Source: an uncultured Gemmatimonadales bacterium (GTDB lineage Bacteria > Gemmatimonadota > Gemmatimonadetes > Gemmatimonadales > GWC2-71-9). From it: a stretch of DNA of 64,000 nt. The stretch is taken from positions 736,001 to 800,000 of the forward strand of contig CAWHFW010000002.1 of NCBI GenBank assembly GCA_963828735.1. Reading direction: 5' to 3'. A program made the translations under genes and the position numbers. Positions 30,075 to 39,339 of this stretch are shown in pieces. Numbering within the stretch: position 1 is the first letter of the stretch; every line of letters begins with the position of its first letter. Under the pieces are notes generated by a model. It was not told the origin of the DNA. It did not search any database and saw only the letters and a list, made by a program, of their open reading frames with translations.

Positions 30075-30914
30075 TCATGTGGCCGACAATTGACCGTCCG
30101 CGAGCAGCCGCCGCGCCGACGTGAACGAGAACTCGCTCATCAGGCGGCGCAGCCGCTCTTCCGTTTTCTCCAGGTTGTTGTATTGCCGAAACCGGCTCGC
30201 CCAACTCATCCCGGGAACCCGGGGCTGCTCCGGATCCAGCTCCCACGGATGCAGATAGAACATAACGGGCCGCCCCTGCTCGTTACACTTTCGCATGAGC
30301 CAGCGGGTGACCCGATAGGGGTACAGCCGGAAATATCCGCCGCCGCTGCAGGGAATCTTCCGTCCGAGGAGCTCGGTGACCCCCATGGGCAGCTCGACCA
30401 GGCCTTCCGCGAGCTGATGCGGTCGCAGGTCCGCGTCGGGCATGCCGTAATCGGGGTGGTATTCCATCGGGAAGATGGACGAGTCGTACTGAATGCCAGT
30501 CTCGCGCAGGATGTCGACGGCCCACAACGTCTCGGGCGTCAGCGAGAAGGACGGCGCCCGGAATCCGCGGACGTCCTGCCGAGCCGTCTTCGCCAGGACC
30601 TCGAGCGACCGGTTGAGATCGGCCCGGAACTCCTCGGGCCTCATGAAGGTCAACAGCCGGTGGGAGTACCCATGCGACGCGATCTCGTGCCCGTCGCGCT
30701 CGATTTCCCTCACGAGGTCGGGAAATCGGTCCGCCACCCAGCCCAGGACAAAGAACGTCGCCTCGACCTGATGCTGCCGAAAAAGCTCCAGGAGTCGCAA
30801 CGTGCTGCGCTCGACTCGGGACTCGCACGCGTCCCAGTCTTCGTAGCGGATTAGCCGGCTCAGGTTGTAGACACAAAACCAGTCCTCAACGTCAATAGAC
30901 ATGACGTTGTTCAT
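30075..30914 (-). CDS. polysaccharide deacetylase (DUF3473 / XrtA-system type)
   Basis: SIDVEDWF, ATFFVLGWVA, HEIASHGYSH, GFRAPSFS, YDSS, GGGYFR, YLHPWELDPEQP; SD GGAGG. Confidence 0.9.
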   Translation of the reverse strand: MNNVMSIDVEDWFCVYNLSRLIRYEDWDACESRVERSTLRLLELFRQHQVEATFFVLGWVADRFPDLVREIERDGHEIASHGYSHRLLTFMRPEEFRADLNRSLEVLAKTARQDVRGFRAPSFSLTPETLWAVDILRETGIQYDSSIFPMEYHPDYGMPDADLRPHQLAEGLVELPMGVTELLGRKIPCSGGGYFRLYPYRVTRWLMRKCNEQGRPVMFYLHPWELDPEQPRVPGMSWASRFRQYNNLEKTEERLRRLMSEFSFTSARRLLADGQLSAT

Positions 30915-31426
30915 CGTCCAGCCTCCGGTTCCCACCCACGGTGGGCCTGACTCCGTTTCATCGCCATGGTTTCCCGCCGAGCCCCGGCAGTAGCGAACTC
31001 GCGCGCCGAGCCCGGGGCTGGAGTGGGGCTCACCGCGACTTCAAAGGCTCTGGCGTTGGCAGCCGCTCTGTCAGCCGCGCTCGTGACGCGGGCGAGCATG
31101 ACATTTGCAGCTTCAACCCCGTGCCGGAGCTCATGTTCGGAGACTTGGAAGCGAGCACTCGGACCGCGCCCGACCGTACGTCCGGCAGGGCGAATGAGGG
31201 CGGCCAGCATCCCCAAAGGTTCGCAGGACCCACAGTCTCCGCGCAACCCTGGAGAGACCATTCGCAAAGATCTTTCGGGGCCCACGGCCGGATGGCCGCG
31301 TGAGCGCCCCCGCAGCTCGCCCGATATATTTCCGCCCCCCGCTATCATCGCTGGGGCCGAGCCCCCACCTGGACTCTTCCCGAACGCGTAGGTCGGGCAC
31401 CAGCGAAGCAACCGGAGGTGCGTGGA

Positions 31427-32596
31427 GTGAAGATCACTTACGTCGTGACCCGTGCGGATCCTATCGGCGGGGTTCAGATCCACGTCAAGGACCTGGCGTT
31501 CGCGGCGCAGGCGCAAGGGCACAAGGTCACGGTTCTGACCGGTGGCCGCGGGCCTTTCGTCGACGCGCTTCGGGCACAGGGCACGCCGACCGTGACCCTC
31601 CGGAACCTGATCGTTCCGATCAGTCCGGTGCGCGATCCCCTGGCATTGAGGGAGATCTACGGTCTCGTGAAGGGATTGCGTCCGGATCTACTCGCTCTCC
31701 ATTCCGCCAAGGCTGGAGTGATCGGTCGAGTGGTCGGGAAGTGGCTCGGTATTCCCGCCGTGCTCACGGCACACGGCTGGACCTTCACCCCCGGATTTCC
31801 CGAGGCGCAGGCCGCGGTGTATCGCAGGGTCGAGCGTCTGGCGGGTCCGTTGACCAGCAAGATCATTGCCGTATCCGAGTTCGATCGCCGGCTGGCGCTC
31901 GAGGCCGAGATCGTCCCAGCGGACCGCATCGTCACGGTGCACAACGGCATACCCGATGTGCCGCTGACCCTGCGAGCGGACCCGGGTCGGGTACCACCTC
32001 GGCTGGTCATGGTGGCCCGCCTAGGCGCGCAGAAGGACCACCCCACCCTGCTCCGGGCGCTTGCGAGCCTCGGCGATCGGCCATGGGGACTCGATCTGAT
32101 CGGGGAGGGTCCCCTGCTGGGGGAGATGCAGGCGCTCGCGGCGACCCTCGGCATCGCAGACCGCGTGCGTTTCCTGGGTCAGCGTCTGGACGTCGATCGA
32201 CTCCTGGCTGAGGCGCAAGTCGGCCTCCTGGTCACCAACTGGGAAGGGTTCCCACTGAGCAATCTCGAGATCATGCGGGCGGGCTTGCCGCTGGTCGCGA
32301 CATCCGTCGGTGGCACCGAGGAAGCGGTCGAGGACGGGGCCACCGGCTATCTGGTTCGTCGGGGCGATGCTGACATGCTCCGGGACCGGATCGCTCGCCT
32401 GCTGACGGACCCGGCGTTGCGGACTCGGATGGGCGCGGCCGGACGGGCGAGGTTCGAGCAGCACTTCACCCTGGACCGCATGGTCGCCAAGACGCTCTCG
32501 GTCTACGGAGATGTCGTCGCGAGGTTCTCGAGTCCCGCGCCTGCCCGATCCACCTCGCTCCACCCGGCCACCACCGACGACACCGGGGCGACCTGA
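31427..32596 (+). CDS. glycosyltransferase family 4
   Basis: GGVQIHV, HSAKAG, TAHGW, VARLGAQKD, WEGFPLSNLE (EX7E); GTG start after GGAGGTG. Confidence 0.9.
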   Translation: MKITYVVTRADPIGGVQIHVKDLAFAAQAQGHKVTVLTGGRGPFVDALRAQGTPTVTLRNLIVPISPVRDPLALREIYGLVKGLRPDLLALHSAKAGVIGRVVGKWLGIPAVLTAHGWTFTPGFPEAQAAVYRRVERLAGPLTSKIIAVSEFDRRLALEAEIVPADRIVTVHNGIPDVPLTLRADPGRVPPRLVMVARLGAQKDHPTLLRALASLGDRPWGLDLIGEGPLLGEMQALAATLGIADRVRFLGQRLDVDRLLAEAQVGLLVTNWEGFPLSNLEIMRAGLPLVATSVGGTEEAVEDGATGYLVRRGDADMLRDRIARLLTDPALRTRMGAAGRARFEQHFTLDRMVAKTLSVYGDVVARFSSPAPARSTSLHPATTDDTGAT

Positions 32597-32626
32597 TCGA
32601 GGCGCGGGTTCGGCGGACGAAGCGAA

Positions 32627-32659
32627 AGGGGCCTCGGTCGATCCTGCACCGAGGCCCCT
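32627..32659. terminator. hairpin terminator between convergent genes
   Basis: AGGGGCCTCGGT-N9-ACCGAGGCCCCT, a perfect 12-bp stem. Confidence 0.6.
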
Positions 32660-32697
32660 CTGCTACCCTCCTACTGACGGACCCCCGGCTACTGGGA

Positions 32698-33744
32698 TTA
32701 CTTGCACGGGCGGCGCGACTTCGAGGCCAGCGTCGAGGCCACGTCCCTCATGGCCTGCTGGTTGTCGGACCGCGAGAACCACTTGCTGTCGAAGCGCCAC
32801 ATCACCAGCTGGCACGCCGAGGGTCCGAGGGTCCGGCCATAGTCCCGCAGCTGATCGGCCGTCATCCGGCAGTTCGGCTTCCGAGTTCCCACGCCGGCCT
32901 GTCCAGCGCCCGAGCAGGTCCAGCTGCCATCGGTGTCCTGCCTGCCACCGTTCAGGACGTTGAGGCTGAAGCTGGTGGCCGTTCCATCGCGCTGACCCCG
33001 CGCAAGGGCCTTGTCGCGGAAGGAGCTGACGCTGCCCAGCCGGGTGGAGTACTGATAGTTGACGTAGTCGAGCTTGTAATAGCGGGTCGACGACTGCCAG
33101 TCGAGGCCGCCGCCACCGTGGCTTACGCCCATCGGGAGCGTCGGGAACAGCGACTTGCCGTAGGCCGCCGCGTTGTCGATCACCGCCTTGGTCATCGTGC
33201 CCCAGCTCGCGCTCCGCTCGGGCTCATCAAACATCGAGTTCCCGATCACCGTCCCATCGGAGACGCCGGCTGCGATGGCGTTGCGAATGGTGGAGGTGTT
33301 GAACTGGTTCATCCTGGACTTCCACTTATTCAGATCGAACTTGCCGCCCGACTTGAACTCGCTCGGGTCGGCGCAGGTCATCTGGAGCAGCAGACTCTGA
33401 CCCTGTGAACGCGCGGCGGAGATGAGGCGGACGATGTAGCTCGGAGCGACACAATTCTGGGCGTTGGTCAGCGGCTTCGGGCCCCACAACGTGTTTCCGC
33501 TCGACGACCACAGCCCGAAGGCGCCGAAGGGAACGCCGTTGGTGCTGGCGAGCGCGGTTTCGATCGACTCGACCGGTGCGGCCGCGTCGGTGGCGGCGAC
33601 CGGCGCCGGCACATCGGTGGGCTCGCTGTTGGCGAGTGGATCGGTGTTGTCACAGGCGCTGGCGGCGGCGACAGCGGCAAGGACGCCCAACGCGGAGAAT
33701 CGAAGCCTGGTCAGACGGCGGACATGAGCGAGCGCGTGAATCAT
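32698..33744 (-). CDS. lipoprotein with uncharacterised glycoside-hydrolase-like domain
   Basis: Lipobox AASAC, low-complexity linker, then a domain colinear with the C-terminal domain of 22206-24023. Confidence 0.75.
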   Translation of the reverse strand: MIHALAHVRRLTRLRFSALGVLAAVAAASACDNTDPLANSEPTDVPAPVAATDAAAPVESIETALASTNGVPFGAFGLWSSSGNTLWGPKPLTNAQNCVAPSYIVRLISAARSQGQSLLLQMTCADPSEFKSGGKFDLNKWKSRMNQFNTSTIRNAIAAGVSDGTVIGNSMFDEPERSASWGTMTKAVIDNAAAYGKSLFPTLPMGVSHGGGGLDWQSSTRYYKLDYVNYQYSTRLGSVSSFRDKALARGQRDGTATSFSLNVLNGGRQDTDGSWTCSGAGQAGVGTRKPNCRMTADQLRDYGRTLGPSACQLVMWRFDSKWFSRSDNQQAMRDVASTLASKSRRPCK

Positions 33745-34385
33745 GTGGAGTATCCCTTGTCCAAGATTCCGTGGCCGTAGCGCGGCAGGCGAGGGGCCGG
33801 AGCGCGGCACGGCCGCACGACGGCTCTTCGTCAGAGGGGGGTCCTGACGCGCAGGGGGTAGGGCATCGCCGCTTACGCGGTCGAACCCGCTAGCCCCTCA
33901 GGAGGTTGTAAGTGAGTGGTTCGCTGGGACGAACTAGAGTGCTTCCCCAGAGCGAGGGAATGGCCGCCGGGATGAGCGCCATCTCGTGTTCTGTGATGCC
34001 TCGCGCGGGACGAAATTCGTGAGGCCGGTCACAAATGTCAAGGGGCTATGCAAAATTTGACACCGTGTAGGGGTTCCAGCCGGCGGCCATAATGGCCTCG
34101 TAGCCAGACCATCGACGGGGCGCCAACCGCCTGATGGACCGTATGTTGCAGGGCAAACCGGTGTAGCTTTTGGGGCGCTGGCGGCATCCTCGGCCAATAG
34201 CGTTGACGCGGAGAGCGAGTAATAATCAGATTGACAGCGGGGAGGCCGGACATCGACGGAACGCGTCCACTTGGACCTCCGTGAAACAGCCCGGCTATGC
34301 GCGGCAAGTTTCACTATTCTCAAGCTCAGACGTCACTATTCCGGAAGTCCAGCCGACTGAATCGGGCCAGCCACGGATTCGACAA

Positions 34386-36704
34386 ATGACTGTTCGCAGG
34401 ATCACGGTTGGGATGTTGGTCACGGGCGCCGCAGCCTTCCTGCTGACGTGTTCGGAGGCAACCGGCCCTGAGCCGGCGGCGCTCCTGATGGTTTCCGGTG
34501 ACAATCAGAGTGGCGTCGTCAATCAGTCCTTGCCGGACTCGCTCGTCGCCCGGGTGAATGGGACGGACGGTCAACCGCTCAAAGGCGTGAAAGTGAGCTG
34601 GGCCGTGCTGGGTGATGGCACGGTCAGTTCAAGCGTGATGGAGACCGGCACCGACGGTCAGGTCGCCGTCGTGCGCGTTCTGGGCTCCAGTGCCGGTACC
34701 CAGATCACGACGGCGACCGTCGAGGGCCTCCCCGCGGTCGAGTTCACCGCCATCGCCGAAGCCGGAACCAGCCCGCAGCTGATCGTGGCGACCCAGCCCT
34801 CAGCGACGGCCGCGAGCGGTGTGGCACTCGCCCAGCAACCGATCATTCGGGTGGACGACGGAAGTGGCGAAGCCCTGGGCGGCGGCATTCCCGTCACGGC
34901 CTCTGTGGGTGCGGGCGCGACGCTGGCGGGCACTGTAACGATCCAGAGCGACGCGTATGGTGAAGTTCACTTCACCGACCTGGCCCTGACAGGACCCGAC
35001 GGCACCTACACGTTGACCTTCTCGGCGCCGAACGTGGTCAGCGTTCAGTCGACCGCGATCGCGCTCAGTGCGGGCGCCAGCCAGCCTGGGCAGCTCGTGC
35101 TCGTCACGCAGCCGTCGAGCGCCGCCGTGGGAGGCATCGCGCTTTCGCAGCAGCCCGTGGTGGCTGCCAAGGACGGAGCCGGTCAGGCGCTCGGGGCCGG
35201 CATACCCGTGACCGCAGCCGTTTCGGGCGGCGCCGCGCTCTCGGGAACGGCCACCGTCTCGACCGACGCGACCGGCAAGGCGCATTTTACCGATCTCGCG
35301 CTGAGCGGTTCGGGCGGCACCTACACGCTCACCTTCTCCGCGACCGACCTGACGCCGGTCCAGTCGAACCCCATCACCCTGGCCACGACCGGCTCGGACA
35401 TCGGCAGCTGGACCGCGCCGTTCCCGTGGCCGATCGTCGCGATCCACATGATGCTGACGCCGGATGGGCGAGTCCTCTCGATGGGGCGCAGCGGAGCGCC
35501 GCAGGTGTGGGATCCCGCGACCGGCAACTTCGAGTCCGTGCCCGCGCCGGCGAACCTGTTTTGCGCGGGGCACGCCCTGCTCCCCGACGGCCGCGTATTC
35601 GTCGCGGGCGGTCACATCAAGGACGGTTTCGGACTCCCGAACATCACGCTCTTCTCAAGCGAAAACGACACGTGGACCTCGGGCGCTCCAATGGCCAGGG
35701 GCCGCTGGTATCCGACGACCACCGTCATGGGGAACGGGGACGTCGTGATTACATCGGGCACGGACCAGGACAGCGCGGTGGTCACCATACCCGAGGTGTG
35801 GAGCAACGGCTCGCTCCGACAGCTGACCAGTGCCGTGCACGCCTTCCCCTGGTATCCGCGCGCGTGGGCCGCGCCAAACGGCCTCATGTACATCGCCGGG
35901 CCGGGCCAGAATACGTTTTGGCTCTCCACCGCGGGCAACGGCAAGCTGACTCCGGGCCCGAGCCGCCTCTTCGGCGGACGGAACTACGGGTCGGCCGTGA
36001 TGTACGACGACGGAAGGATCATCTACGCCGGCGGTGCCAATACGACGAACACCGCGGAGGTGATCAATCTCAACGACGCCTCGCCGAGCTGGCAGTGGAC
36101 GAGCTCGATGCACTTCGCCCGGCGACACCACAACCTGACGGCCCTGCCGACCGGCGAGGTTCTGGCCACCGGCGGGGTGGCAGGCACCACCTTCGATGAC
36201 ATCAGCACGGGCGTCCACGCCGCCGAGGTGTGGAACCCGGAGTCCGGTGAGTGGACCGTACTGGCCAGCAACTCGGTCACGCGCGGCTACCACGGCACGT
36301 CGCTCCTGCTGCCGGATGGCAGGGTGCTCAACGCGGGCAGCGGCCAAGGCGCCGGGGCTCCGGACGAGTTCAACGCGGAGCTGTTCTCGCCGCCGTATCT
36401 CTCCCGAGGACCGCGGCCGACAATCACCAGCGCGCCCACCGAGGTCAACTATGGCGGGCAGTTCCGTGTGGAAACCCCGGACGCCGCGACGATCACCCAC
36501 GTGAGCTTCATCCGATTGGGTGCCGTCACTCATGCGTTCGACGAAAACCAGCGGTTCCAGCGCCTCACGTTCACCGCAGACGCGACGGGACTCACCATCA
36601 CCGCGCCGACCTCGAGCAACCGAGCGCCCCCAGGCCATTACATGGTGTTCATCCTGACCGGCAACGACGTGCCGTCGGTGGCGAAGATCGTTCGGATCTT
36701 CTAG
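34386..36704 (+). CDS. galactose oxidase-like copper radical oxidase (AA5; kelch + DUF1929) with N-terminal Ig-like domains
   Basis: NLFCAGH, RWYPT, RGYHGTSLLLPDGRV, ELFSPPYL, AVTHAFD, APPGHYMVF; possible lipoprotein signal (FLLTC). Confidence 0.88.
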   Translation: MTVRRITVGMLVTGAAAFLLTCSEATGPEPAALLMVSGDNQSGVVNQSLPDSLVARVNGTDGQPLKGVKVSWAVLGDGTVSSSVMETGTDGQVAVVRVLGSSAGTQITTATVEGLPAVEFTAIAEAGTSPQLIVATQPSATAASGVALAQQPIIRVDDGSGEALGGGIPVTASVGAGATLAGTVTIQSDAYGEVHFTDLALTGPDGTYTLTFSAPNVVSVQSTAIALSAGASQPGQLVLVTQPSSAAVGGIALSQQPVVAAKDGAGQALGAGIPVTAAVSGGAALSGTATVSTDATGKAHFTDLALSGSGGTYTLTFSATDLTPVQSNPITLATTGSDIGSWTAPFPWPIVAIHMMLTPDGRVLSMGRSGAPQVWDPATGNFESVPAPANLFCAGHALLPDGRVFVAGGHIKDGFGLPNITLFSSENDTWTSGAPMARGRWYPTTTVMGNGDVVITSGTDQDSAVVTIPEVWSNGSLRQLTSAVHAFPWYPRAWAAPNGLMYIAGPGQNTFWLSTAGNGKLTPGPSRLFGGRNYGSAVMYDDGRIIYAGGANTTNTAEVINLNDASPSWQWTSSMHFARRHHNLTALPTGEVLATGGVAGTTFDDISTGVHAAEVWNPESGEWTVLASNSVTRGYHGTSLLLPDGRVLNAGSGQGAGAPDEFNAELFSPPYLSRGPRPTITSAPTEVNYGGQFRVETPDAATITHVSFIRLGAVTHAFDENQRFQRLTFTADATGLTITAPTSSNRAPPGHYMVFILTGNDVPSVAKIVRIF
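34776..35384 (+). repeat. two tandem ~105-aa Ig-like domain repeats inside the oxidase gene
   Basis: QL..TQPS....G.AL.QQP....DG.G.ALG.GIPVTA.V...HFTDLAL.G..GTYTLTFSA occurs at 34776 and 35091 (315-nt period). Confidence 0.8.
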
Positions 36705-36727
36705 CCGACCCGAGGCCTCATGGCCAC

Positions 36728-36765
36728 CACCCGGAGGGGAGTCTCCTCTCCGGGTGTTCGTTCGT
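36728..36765 (+). terminator. intrinsic terminator candidate
   Basis: CACCCGGAGGGGA-gtc-TCCTCTCCGGGTG followed by TTCGTTCGT. Confidence 0.55.
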
Positions 36766-36920
36766 CCGGCACGGGCACGCCGTACGCCGGAGCTACTCCG
36801 GATTGGGGGCGCGGAGAGCCTGTGTCCACCCTTGCCTGGTCACCTGGGCATCTCCACATTGCGGGGGCGTCCAGCCCTGATCCCCAACGCCACCGCCCGC
36901 TCGTGGATAACGTGAAATCA

Positions 36921-38738
36921 ATGCACATTCTTGGTCTTTCCGCCTTCTATCACGACAGTGCCGCCTGCCTCCTCAAGGATGGCGAGATCGTCGCGGCGGC
37001 GCAGGAAGAGCGGTTCACCCGGAAGAAGGGCGACGCCGCGTTCCCACGACTGGCCGTGGACTACTGCCTCCAGGCCGGCGGGATCTCGGTGAAGGACCTC
37101 GCGCTCGTGGGCTTCTACGACAAGCCGCTGCTCAAGTTCGAGCGGATCCTCGAGACCTACCTCGGCACAGCCCCCCGCGGATTCCGGTCCTTCCTGATGG
37201 CCGGCCCGCTCTGGATCAAGGAAAAGCTCTTCACGGACCGCCAGCTGCGGGACGAGTTGGGATTCGACGGCGAGATCCTGTACAGCGAGCACCACGAGTC
37301 GCACGCGGCGAGCGCATTCTTTCCGTCGCCGTTCGCGGAGGCCGCGTTCCTGACGATGGACGGCGTGGGCGAATGGGCCACCGCATCGTTTGGTGTCGGG
37401 CGAGGCAACGACCTGGAGATCCTCAGGGAGATTCACTGGCCGGACTCCCTCGGGCTGCTCTACTCGGCCTTTACCTACTACACCGGCTTCAAGGTCAACT
37501 CGGGCGAGTACAAGGTGATGGGGCTCGCACCGTACGGCGAACCCAAATACGTGGACCTGATCTACCGCGAGCTGATCGACCTCAAGGAGGACGGGTCCTT
37601 CACGCTCAATCAGCGGTATTTCAACTACCTGACCGGACTGACGATGACGAACAGCGCGTTCGACCGGCTGTTCGGCGGCCCGCCCCGTGAGCCGGAAACG
37701 AAGCTGACGCAGCGCGAGATGGACCTCGCCCGCTCGGTCCAGGTGGTCTGCGAGGAGATCATGCTCCGCATGGCCCGCACGGTGCACCGCGAGACCGGAA
37801 TGGATCGGCTGTGCCTCGCGGGCGGTGTGGCCCTCAACTGCGTGGGCAACGGTCGGCTCCTCCGGGAAGGGCCCTTCAAGGAGCTCTGGATCCAGCCAGC
37901 CGCCGGCGATGCCGGCGGAGCCCTCGGCGTGGCGCAGCTCGCCTGGCACCGGCATCAGAAGCAGCCTCGCCAGGTGACGGGCGGAAGGGACAGCATGAAG
38001 GGCGCCTACCTGGGACCGGCCTACAGCGACGCGGAAATCGTCACCTTTCTCGAGGCCACGAAGGCGAAGTACCGGCGCCTGGAGCGGGCGGAGCTTCTCC
38101 AAACGGTCGCGCGCGACCTCGCCGAGGGGAAGGTGGTCGGGTGGTTCAACGGGCGCATGGAGTTCGGACCCCGCGCACTCGGGGCGCGAAGCATTCTCGG
38201 CGACCCACGCAGTCCACAGATGCAGGCCGCCATGAATATCAAGATCAAGTTTCGCGAGGGCTTCCGCCCGTTCGCGCCCAGTGTGCTCCGTGAGCGGGTG
38301 AGCGACTATTTCGAGCTCGACGTCGATTCGCCCTACATGCTCCTGGTGGCCCCGGTCAAGCAGTCGCGGCAGATCCCGATGGACTCGGCCGCCGAGCGGC
38401 TCTGGGGCATCGACAAGCTGAATGTCCCGCGCTCCGACATCCCGGCCGTCACCCATATCGACTATTCCGCGCGGATTCAGACCGTGAGCGCCGACACCAA
38501 CCCGGACTATCACGATCTCATTCGCGAGTTCGAGTGCCTCACGGGTTGTGCCGTCCTCGTCAATACGTCCTTCAACGTCCGCGGCGAGCCGATCGTCTGC
38601 TCCCCGGCGGACGCGTACCGCTGCTTCATGCGAACTCACCTCGACCGATTGGTTCTCGGATCGTTCCTTCTCGACAAGGAGGGGCAGCCCGAGTGGAAGG
38701 AGAGCGGGAATTGGAAAGCCGAATTCCAACTCGACTGA
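36921..38738 (+). CDS. O-carbamoyltransferase (NodU/CmcH/SxtI family)
   Basis: ILGLSAFYHDSAA, QEERFTRKK, EHHESHAASAF, DGVGE, EYKVMGLAPYG, MEFGPRALG, FRPFAP, NTSFNVRGEPIV. Confidence 0.93.
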   Translation: MHILGLSAFYHDSAACLLKDGEIVAAAQEERFTRKKGDAAFPRLAVDYCLQAGGISVKDLALVGFYDKPLLKFERILETYLGTAPRGFRSFLMAGPLWIKEKLFTDRQLRDELGFDGEILYSEHHESHAASAFFPSPFAEAAFLTMDGVGEWATASFGVGRGNDLEILREIHWPDSLGLLYSAFTYYTGFKVNSGEYKVMGLAPYGEPKYVDLIYRELIDLKEDGSFTLNQRYFNYLTGLTMTNSAFDRLFGGPPREPETKLTQREMDLARSVQVVCEEIMLRMARTVHRETGMDRLCLAGGVALNCVGNGRLLREGPFKELWIQPAAGDAGGALGVAQLAWHRHQKQPRQVTGGRDSMKGAYLGPAYSDAEIVTFLEATKAKYRRLERAELLQTVARDLAEGKVVGWFNGRMEFGPRALGARSILGDPRSPQMQAAMNIKIKFREGFRPFAPSVLRERVSDYFELDVDSPYMLLVAPVKQSRQIPMDSAAERLWGIDKLNVPRSDIPAVTHIDYSARIQTVSADTNPDYHDLIREFECLTGCAVLVNTSFNVRGEPIVCSPADAYRCFMRTHLDRLVLGSFLLDKEGQPEWKESGNWKAEFQLD

Positions 38739-39115
38739 CGTCCGCGGAAGGCCGGAAATTCGGGCTCCTGGTCGGCGGAGCGTTCGTCCTTCTGGCCTTG
38801 CTTCTCTGGCGGCGCACTCACGTGACGGCGGCCTGGGTCGCCGCAGGGCTGGGCGTGAGCCTGCTGGTCACCGGGCTCCTGGTGCCGACGCGGCTCGGCC
38901 CCGTCTACCGTGCCTGGATGGGACTCGCGACCGTGATCTCGAAGGTCACGACGCCAGTGTTCATGGGGGTAATGTTCTACCTGGTGCTCACGCCGGCCGG
39001 CTTCATCGCCCGCCTGGTCGGCCACCGGCCTATGTCGCGGGTTGCTGACGGGAATACGTACTGGCAGAGCCGCCCCGTCGGCGAGCGGCAGGGCAACATG
39101 GACCATCAATTCTGA
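38711..39115 (+). CDS. SxtJ-family membrane protein
   Basis: RKFG, hydrophobic hairpin, PVYRAWMGL, FYLVLTP.G, TYW, C-terminal MDHQF; TTG start overlaps the carbamoyltransferase end. Confidence 0.8.
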   Translation: MESRIPTRLTSAEGRKFGLLVGGAFVLLALLLWRRTHVTAAWVAAGLGVSLLVTGLLVPTRLGPVYRAWMGLATVISKVTTPVFMGVMFYLVLTPAGFIARLVGHRPMSRVADGNTYWQSRPVGERQGNMDHQF

Positions 39116-39132
39116 TCTGAGGCGCCGAGTCT

Positions 39133-39288
39133 ATGAGTCGCGGCATCGCGCAAGAGCTGTGGAGTTTCATGCGGGTGCGGAAGAAATGGTGGCTCATCCC
39201 CATCATCCTCATCCTCCTGCTCGTGGGGGCGCTTCTCGTGTTTGCCCAGGGGTCGGTCCTGGCGCCATTCATCTACACGATCTTCTGA
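39133..39288 (+). CDS. DUF5989 / SxtK-like 51-aa single-pass membrane protein
   Basis: Below the ORF-track cutoff; translated by hand: MSRGIAQELWSFMRVRKKWWLIPIILILLLVGALLVFAQGSVLAPFIYTIF. Confidence 0.88.
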   Translation: MSRGIAQELWSFMRVRKKWWLIPIILILLLVGALLVFAQGSVLAPFIYTIF

Positions 39289-39339
39289 GCTCCGGTCCGC
39301 CGAAGCCGACGCGCGGCGGCGGACCCTCCGCCCGACCCA

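Noticed and set aside
31394..31410. Additional GG-N10-GC sigma-54-like sites (here and at 36774-36787)
   Set aside because: The -12 elements (AAGC, ACGC) are off-consensus, and such matches are expected by chance at this GC content.
34149..34200. c-di-GMP-I riboswitch-like GGCAAACC-N12-GGGGCGC
   Set aside because: No GNRA tetraloop, poor pairing in the spacer and no following AAAG; an Rfam search would be needed to rescue it.
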